The notes beneath the pieces are model-generated. The model did not search any database, had not been told where the DNA came from, and was given only the letters and a program-made list of their open reading frames with translations. The translations under genes and the position numbers were made by a program. Shown here in pieces: positions 8,742 through 16,514 of a stretch of 20,892 nucleotides of DNA. Positions within the stretch are counted from its first letter, which is position 1. The number at the start of each line of letters is the position of its first letter. The stretch comes from Fidelibacterota bacterium. Its GTDB lineage: Bacteria > Fidelibacterota > Fidelibacteria > Fidelibacterales > Fidelibacteraceae. The stretch is taken from contig JAYEOX010000039.1 of NCBI GenBank assembly GCA_034723415.1, positions 1-20,892 on the forward strand, given 5' to 3'.

Positions 8742-10079
8742 ATGTTTAACCGAAAAATATTAGACGAATTAAATAGTTGGAAAGTAAAAAGCGATAGAAA
8801 ACCTCTTGTGATCAGAGGTGCTCGTCAAGTTGGTAAAACAACAGTTGTAAATATGTTTTCAAAACAATTTGACAATTATATTTATCTAAATTTAGAGAAT
8901 TCTGAAGATAGTGAAATATTTAAAAATAATTTATCTTTTGACAAATTATTAGAAGCAATATTTTTTTTGAAGAATATAAAAAAGGATTCAGGTCAGGTTC
9001 TAATATTTATAGATGAAATTCAAAATGTTCCAAATGCAGTCAAACAATTACGATATTTTTATGAAAAAGCAAGGGATTTATTCGTAATTGCTGCAGGTTC
9101 ATTATTAGAAACATTATTTAACAAAAAAATTAATTTTCCCGTTGGTAGAGTTGAATATTTGACTTTAAAGCCGTTATCTTTTGAGGAATTCCTATCAGCA
9201 ATTGGAGAGGAACAATCAGTTGAAATGTTGAATACAATTCCATTACCGAAATTTGCTCATAAAAAATTATTGGAATTGTTCCACCGTTTTGTATTAATTG
9301 GCGGAATGCCGGAAGTTGTTAAAAAATATGTAGAAACAAATGATTTATTGTCAATTGATTCGGTATATGATAGTTTAATTATTTCTTATTTGGATGATGT
9401 GGAAAAGTATTATTCTACAAATAAGAACAGGTCAATAATCAGATATGTTATAAATAATTCATTTTATGAAGCGGGGAACCGCATAAAATTTCAAGGATTT
9501 GGGAAATCAAATTATAAATCACGAGAGATAAGTGAATCATTGCAATTACTTGAAAAAACATTTTTGATATATCTAATTTATCCAACTACGAGTACAAATT
9601 TGCCAATAATTCCCGATAGGAAAAAATCTCCACGACTTCAATTATTGGATACCGGATTGTTGAATCATTTTTTAGATGTAAAACGGGATATTTATAAAGC
9701 AACTGATATAAATAATATTTATAAAGGGAAAATATCCGAACATATTGTTGGACAAGAATTATTGGCAACAAGCTTTTCATTTTTATATAAATTATATTTT
9801 TGGGTTAGGGAAAAGAAACAATCGAATGCAGAAGTCGATTTTGTTATTCGATTTAATAATTGCCTTATTCCAATTGAAGTAAAATCGGGAAAAACCGGTC
9901 GTCTACGTTCACTACATCAATTTATAGACCAATCGCCTCACAAAATAGCTGTAAGATTATATCCAGAAAAAGTAAATATTGATAATGTAAAGACGATTAA
10001 TAAAACCAGTTTTAAATTACTGAATTTGCCATATTTTTTAGCATCAAAAATTGATAAATATTTGGAATGGATGATATGA
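8742..10079 (+). CDS. AAA_14 / DUF4143 ATP-binding protein (AAA+ ATPase with C-terminal PD-(D/E)XK-like domain)
   Basis: Walker A GARQVGKT, Walker B FIDEIQ, AAGSLL, FPVGRV, GGMPEVV, DTGLL, EVDFV..PIEVKSG. Confidence 0.92.
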   Translation: MFNRKILDELNSWKVKSDRKPLVIRGARQVGKTTVVNMFSKQFDNYIYLNLENSEDSEIFKNNLSFDKLLEAIFFLKNIKKDSGQVLIFIDEIQNVPNAVKQLRYFYEKARDLFVIAAGSLLETLFNKKINFPVGRVEYLTLKPLSFEEFLSAIGEEQSVEMLNTIPLPKFAHKKLLELFHRFVLIGGMPEVVKKYVETNDLLSIDSVYDSLIISYLDDVEKYYSTNKNRSIIRYVINNSFYEAGNRIKFQGFGKSNYKSREISESLQLLEKTFLIYLIYPTTSTNLPIIPDRKKSPRLQLLDTGLLNHFLDVKRDIYKATDINNIYKGKISEHIVGQELLATSFSFLYKLYFWVREKKQSNAEVDFVIRFNNCLIPIEVKSGKTGRLRSLHQFIDQSPHKIAVRLYPEKVNIDNVKTINKTSFKLLNLPYFLASKIDKYLEWMI

Positions 10080-10158
10080 ATAGTGAATTTCAAAAAGCGC
10101 AAAAAATTCACACCAAGTTACTAAAACACATAGAAGAAACAAAAACATTTATATACTT

Positions 10159-10189
10159 TTGTGAAACCTTTGTGTTCATTGTGGTAAAA
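10159..10189 (+). repeat. Dispersed 31-bp intergenic repeat, copy 2
   Basis: ttgtgaaacctttgtgttcattgtggtaaaa; 27/31 identical to 1545-1575. Confidence 0.8.
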
Positions 10190-10210
10190 TAATAGAAAGG
10201 AAATATAAAT

Positions 10211-10822
10211 ATGAACTCGATCTCAACAAATAAAAAAGATAAAATAGCTGCAATAGTGTCAACAATATTCTTCCCTGTTTTCAACTCATTAATTACATTT
10301 ATATTAATTATTTTTTGTAATGCAAATAATACAATTAGACAAAAATCATTATTTTTTATTATCACAGTTATTTTTTTTGTAGTTGTCCCTTTTTTATCAA
10401 TGATAATTTTAAAAATGTTGAACAAAATAAAATCCTTTGATGTTTTCGAAAGGCAAAAGAGAATATTCCCAATGATATTAATGGTAATTAGTTATTCGAT
10501 AGGATTTTTGATTTTATCATCTTTTGAAGCACCAATTATTTTAAGAGCTTTAATGTTGTGCTATATTGTCAATACATTTATTGTTTTGATAATCACATTT
10601 TGGTGGAAAGTAAGTATTCATGCATTAGCAATTAGTGGTCCGATAGTAGCACTACATTTCTTTTTTGGGAATATTATAATTCCATTTTATTTGTTGATTA
10701 TTTTAGTTGGATATTCGAGAGTAATATTAAAAAGACATACTGTAGCTCAAGTTTATGTTGGAAGTTTCATTGGTGTTTTTTCTACAGCTATTCAGATGTA
10801 TTTTTATTTAAAATTATTTTAA
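10211..10822 (+). CDS. PAP2-superfamily membrane protein (putative lipid phosphate phosphatase)
   Basis: About six TM segments; KVSIHA (C2-like) and SRVILKRHTVAQV (C3, SRxxxxxH); canonical C1 KxxxxxxRP not evident. Confidence 0.75.
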   Translation: MNSISTNKKDKIAAIVSTIFFPVFNSLITFILIIFCNANNTIRQKSLFFIITVIFFVVVPFLSMIILKMLNKIKSFDVFERQKRIFPMILMVISYSIGFLILSSFEAPIILRALMLCYIVNTFIVLIITFWWKVSIHALAISGPIVALHFFFGNIIIPFYLLIILVGYSRVILKRHTVAQVYVGSFIGVFSTAIQMYFYLKLF

Positions 10823-10845
10823 TTTTAAATATTCTTTTCTTTGTT

Positions 10846-10931
10846 CAACTACTTTGTAGTTGGTGTGACTGGTGGATATCTCTTACTGTGGGTTTCACCC
10901 ATAGTTATTTACATTTAACTACTTCGTAGTT
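10846..10931. repeat. REP-like triple-hairpin element
   Basis: caactac-ttt-gtagttg (10846-10862), actgtgggt-ttc-acccatagt (10885-10905), aactac-ttc-gtagtt (10917-10931). Confidence 0.75.
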
Positions 10932-11026
10932 TTCAGGATTTAGAATTTAAAATTAAATAATTTCACGATCATCGGTTAAATCCGCAAAATTCGTGTATTT
11001 CCCCGTTTGCTGCGGGCAAGTAATTC

Positions 11027-11075
11027 CAAGTATCAAGTATCAAGTATCGAGTATCAAGTATCAAGTATCAAGTAT
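11027..11075. repeat. Heptamer microsatellite (CAAGTAT)x7
   Basis: Seven units, one variant (CGAGTAT), just past the kinase stop codon. Confidence 0.95.
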
Positions 11076-11081
11076 CACATC

Positions 11082-12266
11082 TCACTTATTCAAAATTATT
11101 CTAAATGTAGTTCCAACATTTTTTCTTGATTCAGAAACAAAGATCTTACCATCATGATATTCTTCAATAATGCGTTTAACAAGTGATAATCCTAATCCCC
11201 AGCCTCGCTCTTTAGTACTGTAACCCGCTTTGAAAATTGATTTCCATTTATTTGTCTCAATACCTTTCCCACTATCAGATATATCTATTACAACTTGATT
11301 ATTTTTTATCTCTGAAGCTATAACATTGATGTTTCCCGATTCACCTTTTAAGGAATCAACGGCATTTTTGATAACATTCTCTAATGCCCATTCTAAAAGC
11401 TCGGGATTTCCCAATATTTTTGAATTGCTTTTATTTTTAAAATTCAATTGAATGTGTTTATTTTTTTGTGGAATTCGGCGAACGATATATTTTTTTACAT
11501 TATTTAAAAGAGTTTCCGATTGGATTACTTTTTTTGGTACATTTGAGCCAATTTGAGAAAATCTGTGAGAAATTTTTTCTAAACGGGAAATATCTATAGA
11601 CATTTCATCAAATAATTTTGTATCAGTTCCATATTTGGATTTAGCTAATTCTATCCACCCTAAAAGCGAGCTTATTGGAGTCCCCAATTGATGAGCTGTC
11701 TCTTTCGCAAGTCCAACCCAAATAAATTTCTTTTCACTTGATCGAATATATTGCAATCCTAAAAATCCAATTAGAATTATAATTGCTGCTCCAAATATTT
11801 CAATATATGGCATCCATTTTAAACGAGTTATAGCGATACTATCTCCATAATGAATATAACCAATAATAATATCATCAAAATAAAATGGGATTGGTTTGGA
11901 ATATTTATCCATCTCTTTCATATATTTCAAAAGTATCTTTTTGTTTTCTTTAGTTAATTGAAGATTAGTCACATTTTTATTATTATTTTTATCAAATTCA
12001 GGAATATTTTTCCAAGCATTTATTTCCGAATATTTTTTGGAAGTTACAACTATCGGAAATGAAATTTTGGATATCATTTTGTCAAAGAAAAAATTGTTCA
12101 TGCTTTCACTACTTGCTAATTCGGCATATAATTCAGTATAAAATGTTAAGATCCTCTTTGAATCATTTCTTAAATCATTGACAATTTTATGAGAATAAAT
12201 TAACAACCCAAAAATAAATAATAATGAAATAGTTATGAAAAGTGTTTTTAATTTTGATGTATACAT
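11082..12266 (-). CDS. Membrane sensor histidine kinase (HisKA + HATPase_c)
   Basis: Two TM helices flanking an extracytoplasmic loop; H-box AKETAHQLGTPISSL; N-box ENVIKNAVD; G1 DSGKGI; F/G2 IFKAGYSTK.RGWGLGLS. Confidence 0.95.
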   Translation of the reverse strand: MYTSKLKTLFITISLLFIFGLLIYSHKIVNDLRNDSKRILTFYTELYAELASSESMNNFFFDKMISKISFPIVVTSKKYSEINAWKNIPEFDKNNNKNVTNLQLTKENKKILLKYMKEMDKYSKPIPFYFDDIIIGYIHYGDSIAITRLKWMPYIEIFGAAIIILIGFLGLQYIRSSEKKFIWVGLAKETAHQLGTPISSLLGWIELAKSKYGTDTKLFDEMSIDISRLEKISHRFSQIGSNVPKKVIQSETLLNNVKKYIVRRIPQKNKHIQLNFKNKSNSKILGNPELLEWALENVIKNAVDSLKGESGNINVIASEIKNNQVVIDISDSGKGIETNKWKSIFKAGYSTKERGWGLGLSLVKRIIEEYHDGKIFVSESRKNVGTTFRIILNK

Positions 12267-12353
12267 AATAATGTAATCCTTATTTCTATCTTAATTTAAA
12301 AAATATCTTATAAAAAGTTAAGAAAAATAAAAAAAATATTAAAAATATTAGAT

Positions 12354-13862
12354 TTAAAATAGAAATAGTACCATTAAAAATATTCCGCCGGCAAAAGTGC
12401 AACTGAAATTCACAATATCATTATTGAACCATTTTATTCCTCGAATTAAAGGCAAATTCTCTATTTGACAATGAACGGTTTTTTCTGTTATTTTTTTGCA
12501 TTTTGGACATTTATATTGCGCTTGAATGGTTAGTCCCAAGATTGAATCAATGATCATACCAAAGAATCCCGCTGCAGTAATCCAAATTACAAAATTATAT
12601 GACAAATTGATAGTATTGTAATAATTATAAATTAAAATACCGGAAACAGCGATTAAAAAAGAACCAAATAAAGCACCGGTTGTTCCTAAAAAAGTTATTC
12701 CGCCGGAAGCTCCCATCGTCATTTTTTTAAAGTTTAAAATATTGCGTGGGGATCGTTTACTAAAAGTTCCCAATTCCGTTCCCCAAGTATCTGCCATTGC
12801 TGCAGCAACTGCACCAAGATAGACAATATACCAAATAGTCGATCTTGTAAAGTAAAAAAGAAGTGTAGTTATTACAGCGAGACCGCCATTTGCGAAAACT
12901 TGAAAGAAATCTCTCTTGCCGGTTTTCTCAAAAATATCCTTCAGAATGTGCTTGTGCTCGCTTCCCAATTTACTCAAGATACTTGCTGTTACAAAAAACA
13001 ATATCATTGGTACCATCCATTCCATGCCGCCGATCCCGAAAACAATAGTTCCCAACATCCAAGCTCCGACAGCTCCATCGAGAGATAAACTTTTAACTTT
13101 GTAAGCAATTATTGCGATAAATGTAGTAATGATCATCCAAGAAATTAATTGTATCTGCATCTCTTGTGGCGAATGATAAAGAAAATCTAGAATTACTCCT
13201 GCTCCCAAAGGAACCATTAAATTATCCGTCCCTCTATGTGAAATTGTTTCTGCAATTGTAGCAAAAAATGCTGTAAAAATACCAAAAATAATTGCTGTTG
13301 ATATTGAAATTGGATTTTCTAATAATTTTCTAAAAAACAACATTCCGAAAGTAGCAACGATAAATGAAACAATAAACATCGCTGATGAACCCTGAACTGA
13401 TTTTTTATCCGACCAGATCTTAAACAATTTTGGTTTTTTTACTGATTCGCCTACCCAACTTGCAATCGGATCACCAAAGCTCATAATTAACATTGCAGTA
13501 ATTAAGATTGCCGGATCTTTATCCCAAAACCATAATACAAGAATTGCAAAAGAGATTGGAAAATAGACAGTTCCATAACTTATTCTTTCAGTATAATGGA
13601 TTCCTTTTAGCTTATCACCTTTTAATGTTGCCGAATTTATTATAATAAAAATTATTGCTAATACGACAGGTGGCATAAAATTTTCAAAAATAAATGGAGC
13701 TGTGCAAACTAATACTCCGACTAAAATATGAACGATTCTCCTCGTTGTATGCGGATGCACTTTTAACTTTTTCAAAAGAAAATCCGCCAATCCTAAAAAT
13801 AATGTGATAATTAAAAAAAATACAGCAAAAATTATCCACTCAGAATTTAATAAATGTTTCAT
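12354..13862 (-). CDS. Fusion of a CTP-dependent polyprenol/phytol/dolichol kinase-like domain and a DUF92 (TMEM19/VTE6-like) domain
   Basis: N-half: RRIVHILVG, SYGTVYF, GDPIASWVG, KKSVQGS, AETIS..GTDNLMVP; C-half: RDFFQVFANGG, AAAMADTWGTELG, GASGGITFLG, DSILG, CPKC..HC, NNDIVNF. Confidence 0.87.
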   Translation of the reverse strand: MKHLLNSEWIIFAVFFLIITLFLGLADFLLKKLKVHPHTTRRIVHILVGVLVCTAPFIFENFMPPVVLAIIFIIINSATLKGDKLKGIHYTERISYGTVYFPISFAILVLWFWDKDPAILITAMLIMSFGDPIASWVGESVKKPKLFKIWSDKKSVQGSSAMFIVSFIVATFGMLFFRKLLENPISISTAIIFGIFTAFFATIAETISHRGTDNLMVPLGAGVILDFLYHSPQEMQIQLISWMIITTFIAIIAYKVKSLSLDGAVGAWMLGTIVFGIGGMEWMVPMILFFVTASILSKLGSEHKHILKDIFEKTGKRDFFQVFANGGLAVITTLLFYFTRSTIWYIVYLGAVAAAMADTWGTELGTFSKRSPRNILNFKKMTMGASGGITFLGTTGALFGSFLIAVSGILIYNYYNTINLSYNFVIWITAAGFFGMIIDSILGLTIQAQYKCPKCKKITEKTVHCQIENLPLIRGIKWFNNDIVNFSCTFAGGIFLMVLFLF

Positions 13863-13894
13863 AATTTCCCCAATGTCATATTATGGTTTTTCAT
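13844..13894. repeat. Imperfect direct repeat, copy spanning the start/RBS of the DUF92 fusion gene
   Basis: Core 13851-13879 is 25/29 identical to 14940-14968. Confidence 0.75.
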
Positions 13895-13905
13895 ATTTTT
13901 TCTCA

Positions 13906-14892
13906 TTAATCATTATTTAAGTTTCTATTTAAAATACTTACAACAAATCGTTTTACAATATCTGCTTCTTCGCTTTTGCTTGTGGCAATAAAAAGAGTTA
14001 AGGAAGCCAATGCCTCGTTACTTATTATTGTTTCACTGTTTTTATTAATCAGAGCTTTGTTTTTATCAAGAAAATAGAGAAAACATGTTGCTGCAATACG
14101 CTTATTACCATCAACAAACGAATGGTTTTTCACAATATAATAAAGCAAATTCGCTGCTTTTTCTTGTATTGTAGGATATAATTCTTTTCCGTTAAAACTC
14201 TGTGCAATTTGATTTATTGAACTGTGGAAACTGTCATCTTTGGGTTTGGCAAATACATCGCTTTTAAGGTCAGAATACATTTCGGTTATAAAAGTTATAT
14301 AATCATCATAATCAGGAAAAACGGCTTTTTGCTCGGTCTTGCCTTTTGTGTCCAATACTTCGTAGTCATAATCATCAAGCAATTTTAAACCTTTTGCAAA
14401 AATGTTTAGAATTTTATTTTTATTGTTCTCATTTTTAGCTTCAATAGCTCGGCTAAGTATTTGTATTCCTGTTTTCAGGTATAACACTTCCTGTTTTTTT
14501 TCTTGCAATCTTTTTTTGTTAATGGTGTACCCTTTTACCAAATAATCTTTTAGTCGTTGTGTAGCCCATTGGCGGAATTGAGTTCCTTGCTGTGATTTTA
14601 CACGATAACCGACTGATATGATAGTATCTAAATTATAGAATTTAATATTTCTTTGTACATCTCGCTTACCTTCTTTTTGAACTACCGAGAAATACTCGGT
14701 AGTTGATTCCTCTTCTAATTCTCCCTCTTTGAAAATGTTTTTTATATGTAATCCTATAGTATCGCTGTCTTTATCAAATAAAAGTGCCATTTGTTTTTGA
14801 CTAAGCCAAACCGTTTCTTGCTCAAACTGAACTTCAACAATAGTTTGTCTGTCTTTACTTTGATATATTTCTATTTTATTTTGCCTTTCCAT
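13906..14892 (-). CDS. RhuM-family N-terminal domain / Fic-Doc domain protein
   Basis: ETVWLSQKQMALLF, YNLDTIISVGYRVKSQQGTQFRQWAT (RhuM); YPTIQEKAANLLY, HSFVDGNKRIA (Fic/Doc motif); RBS AAGGA. Confidence 0.93.
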   Translation of the reverse strand: MERQNKIEIYQSKDRQTIVEVQFEQETVWLSQKQMALLFDKDSDTIGLHIKNIFKEGELEEESTTEYFSVVQKEGKRDVQRNIKFYNLDTIISVGYRVKSQQGTQFRQWATQRLKDYLVKGYTINKKRLQEKKQEVLYLKTGIQILSRAIEAKNENNKNKILNIFAKGLKLLDDYDYEVLDTKGKTEQKAVFPDYDDYITFITEMYSDLKSDVFAKPKDDSFHSSINQIAQSFNGKELYPTIQEKAANLLYYIVKNHSFVDGNKRIAATCFLYFLDKNKALINKNSETIISNEALASLTLFIATSKSEEADIVKRFVVSILNRNLNND

Positions 14893-14929
14893 TATAATCC
14901 TTTATAATCGTTAGTTAGTAAGCATTAAC

Positions 14930-14982
14930 AATTTAACATTAAATGTTTCAAAATTCCCGCAATGTAATTCCTCATTTTTCAT
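14930..14982. repeat. Imperfect direct repeat, degenerate copy upstream of RhuM-Fic
   Basis: On the minus strand reads TTG AAA CAT TTA ATG TTA AAT, versus ATG AAA CAT TTA TTA AAT at the true gene start. Confidence 0.75.
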
Positions 14983-15026
14983 TTGTTATAATTTAATGAT
15001 TTTATTTCTTAGAAAATAATAAAAAA

Positions 15027-15056
15027 TTTGTTAACTTTTAAACAATAAATGTGTCA
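15027..15056 (+). promoter_or_regulatory. Candidate ECF-sigma autoregulatory promoter (TAAC-N16-TGTC)
   Basis: tttgttaacttttaaacaataaatgtgtca; same boxes and spacing recur at 18316-18345. Confidence 0.72.
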
Positions 15057-15086
15057 GTAATAATAAGGAGGCGATAAAATTCGTTA

Positions 15087-15557
15087 ATGTTAAAGAAGAA
15101 ACATTTTAATAAATTCGTAAAAGATTATCATGACAGAATTTACTATACAACGATTAAAATTGTCGGAAATGTTGATGACGCTTTGGATTGTGTTCAGGAT
15201 ACATTTATCAAAGCATACAAAAAATATGATAAATTCAAAGGCGATTCCTCATTATATACTTGGGTAAATAGAATTGCAATAAATACCGCTTTGAATTTTG
15301 TGAATAGAAATAAGACGAATAATTGGAATGAATTTTTAGAATATGACAATCAAACAAAAAAAGAAAAAGAGCTTCCGAGCTTTAATAAAAAATGGTTAGC
15401 GGAATTGTCCCCAACTGAAAGAAGTGTGATTGTCTTGAGAATATATGATAATTTGAAAATAACACAAGTTGCTCAAGTATTGAATACAAGTGAAAGCACA
15501 GTAAAAGTTGCTTATCACAGAGCTATAGAAAAAATGAAAAAGATAATAAAAAAATAG
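15087..15557 (+). CDS. ECF sigma-70 factor
   Basis: Region 2 DALDCVQDTFIKAY..FKGDSSLYTWVNRIAINTALN; region 4 LSPTERSVIVLR..VAQVLNTSESTVKVAYHRA; 156 aa. Confidence 0.93.
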   Translation: MLKKKHFNKFVKDYHDRIYYTTIKIVGNVDDALDCVQDTFIKAYKKYDKFKGDSSLYTWVNRIAINTALNFVNRNKTNNWNEFLEYDNQTKKEKELPSFNKKWLAELSPTERSVIVLRIYDNLKITQVAQVLNTSESTVKVAYHRAIEKMKKIIKK

Positions 15558-15566
15558 GTAAATATT

Positions 15567-16064
15567 ATGAACTGTAATGAAGTACAATTAAAATTTCCTG
15601 AAATATTTAGTGAGCCGAAAAAGTATTCGGCAGAAATAGAACACATCAATAATTGTAAAAATTGTAAAAGTGAATTTGATGTTTTTAAAATGATTTCGTC
15701 ATCCATCAGTAAAATAAACGATCCAATTTCACTGGTCGTAAGTCGTCAAAATCAGCAAATTATTGTCGGCAAAATTGAAAGACAAAAATTTGCAAATAGA
15801 ATGAAAATTATAACTTCTGTGGCAGCTGTAATAATTGTTTCTTTGATTTCAATTATTCTTTATCAACAGAATGGACAGGGTGAATTTAATTATAATAGTT
15901 ATAGTGCAAATACTATTGCTTATAATGAATCCGATGCAGTTGTTGAATTTGAATTATCTGATGAGGAGGTATTGGATTATTTGATCTCATCTGAAACGAC
16001 AAATAATTTAGATGAAATCGTAGAAGAAAATTTTTCAAAATTAGAATATAAAAATGGAAGTTAA
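15567..16064 (+). CDS. Putative zinc-binding transmembrane anti-sigma factor
   Basis: Directly after the ECF gene; MNC...HINNCKNC (HxxxCxxC ZAS motif); single TM helix; acidic extracytoplasmic tail. Confidence 0.8.
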   Translation: MNCNEVQLKFPEIFSEPKKYSAEIEHINNCKNCKSEFDVFKMISSSISKINDPISLVVSRQNQQIIVGKIERQKFANRMKIITSVAAVIIVSLISIILYQQNGQGEFNYNSYSANTIAYNESDAVVEFELSDEEVLDYLISSETTNNLDEIVEENFSKLEYKNGS

Positions 16065-16083
16065 ATATATAAAGGAGAGAATA

Positions 16084-16512
16084 ATGAAGAAAATATTGAT
16101 AATATTGTTAATAACGGTAAGTTTTATATTTGCTCAAATGCATCGTGGAATGAATCCCGCCGTAGAAAATTATAGGATTTATAAAATGACAAATGATCTG
16201 GAATTGACGCCTAAACAATCGCAACAATTTTTTCCAATGTTAAGATCACATATAATGAAGATGGAAAATATTGAGAAAAATATTAAAGAGTTAGATAGAA
16301 AAGTGAATTCAGATAATTCAATTGATAAAGCAGAATATGTTAAAATAAAAAATAAGTTATTGAACCTGGAAAATGATAAATTGAACGAGAAATTACAATT
16401 TTTAAATGACTTAGAAAATGTTTTAGAACCGGAACAGATTGCAAAATATATGTTTTTTGATAGGAAATTCAGACGGGATTTGCAGAACCGATTGAAACAT
16501 AGAAGGAGATAA
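16084..16512 (+). CDS. Secreted helical protein, Spy/CpxP-like
   Basis: Start moved to 16084 (AAGGAG RBS, MKKILIILL..FA signal peptide); LELTPKQ and VLEPEQ (LTxxQ-like) motifs. Confidence 0.72.
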   Translation: MKKILIILLITVSFIFAQMHRGMNPAVENYRIYKMTNDLELTPKQSQQFFPMLRSHIMKMENIEKNIKELDRKVNSDNSIDKAEYVKIKNKLLNLENDKLNEKLQFLNDLENVLEPEQIAKYMFFDRKFRRDLQNRLKHRRR

Positions 16513-16514
16513 AA

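Noticed and set aside
8423..10081. aatatttggaa...atatgaat shared by the 3' ends of the M32 and AAA genes as a target duplication
   Set aside because: Spacing between the two blocks differs; explained by shared YLE codons in AT-rich DNA
1147..13104. Short shadow ORFs in the track (1147-1356, 3753-3941, 5881-6123, 6377-6661, 6414-6602, 7197-7421, 7668-7934, 8043-8261, 8133-8318, 9586-9780, 10108-10425, 12900-13088, 12916-13104)
   Set aside because: All overlap well-supported genes antisense or out of frame and show no family motifs
14909..14925. cgttagttagtaagc as an integron attC/attI core next to RhuM-Fic
   Set aside because: Does not fit GTTRRRY, no complementary inverse core or hairpin, no integrase
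16054..16083. Longer start for the first Spy-like gene
   Set aside because: RBS and signal peptide point to ATG 16084
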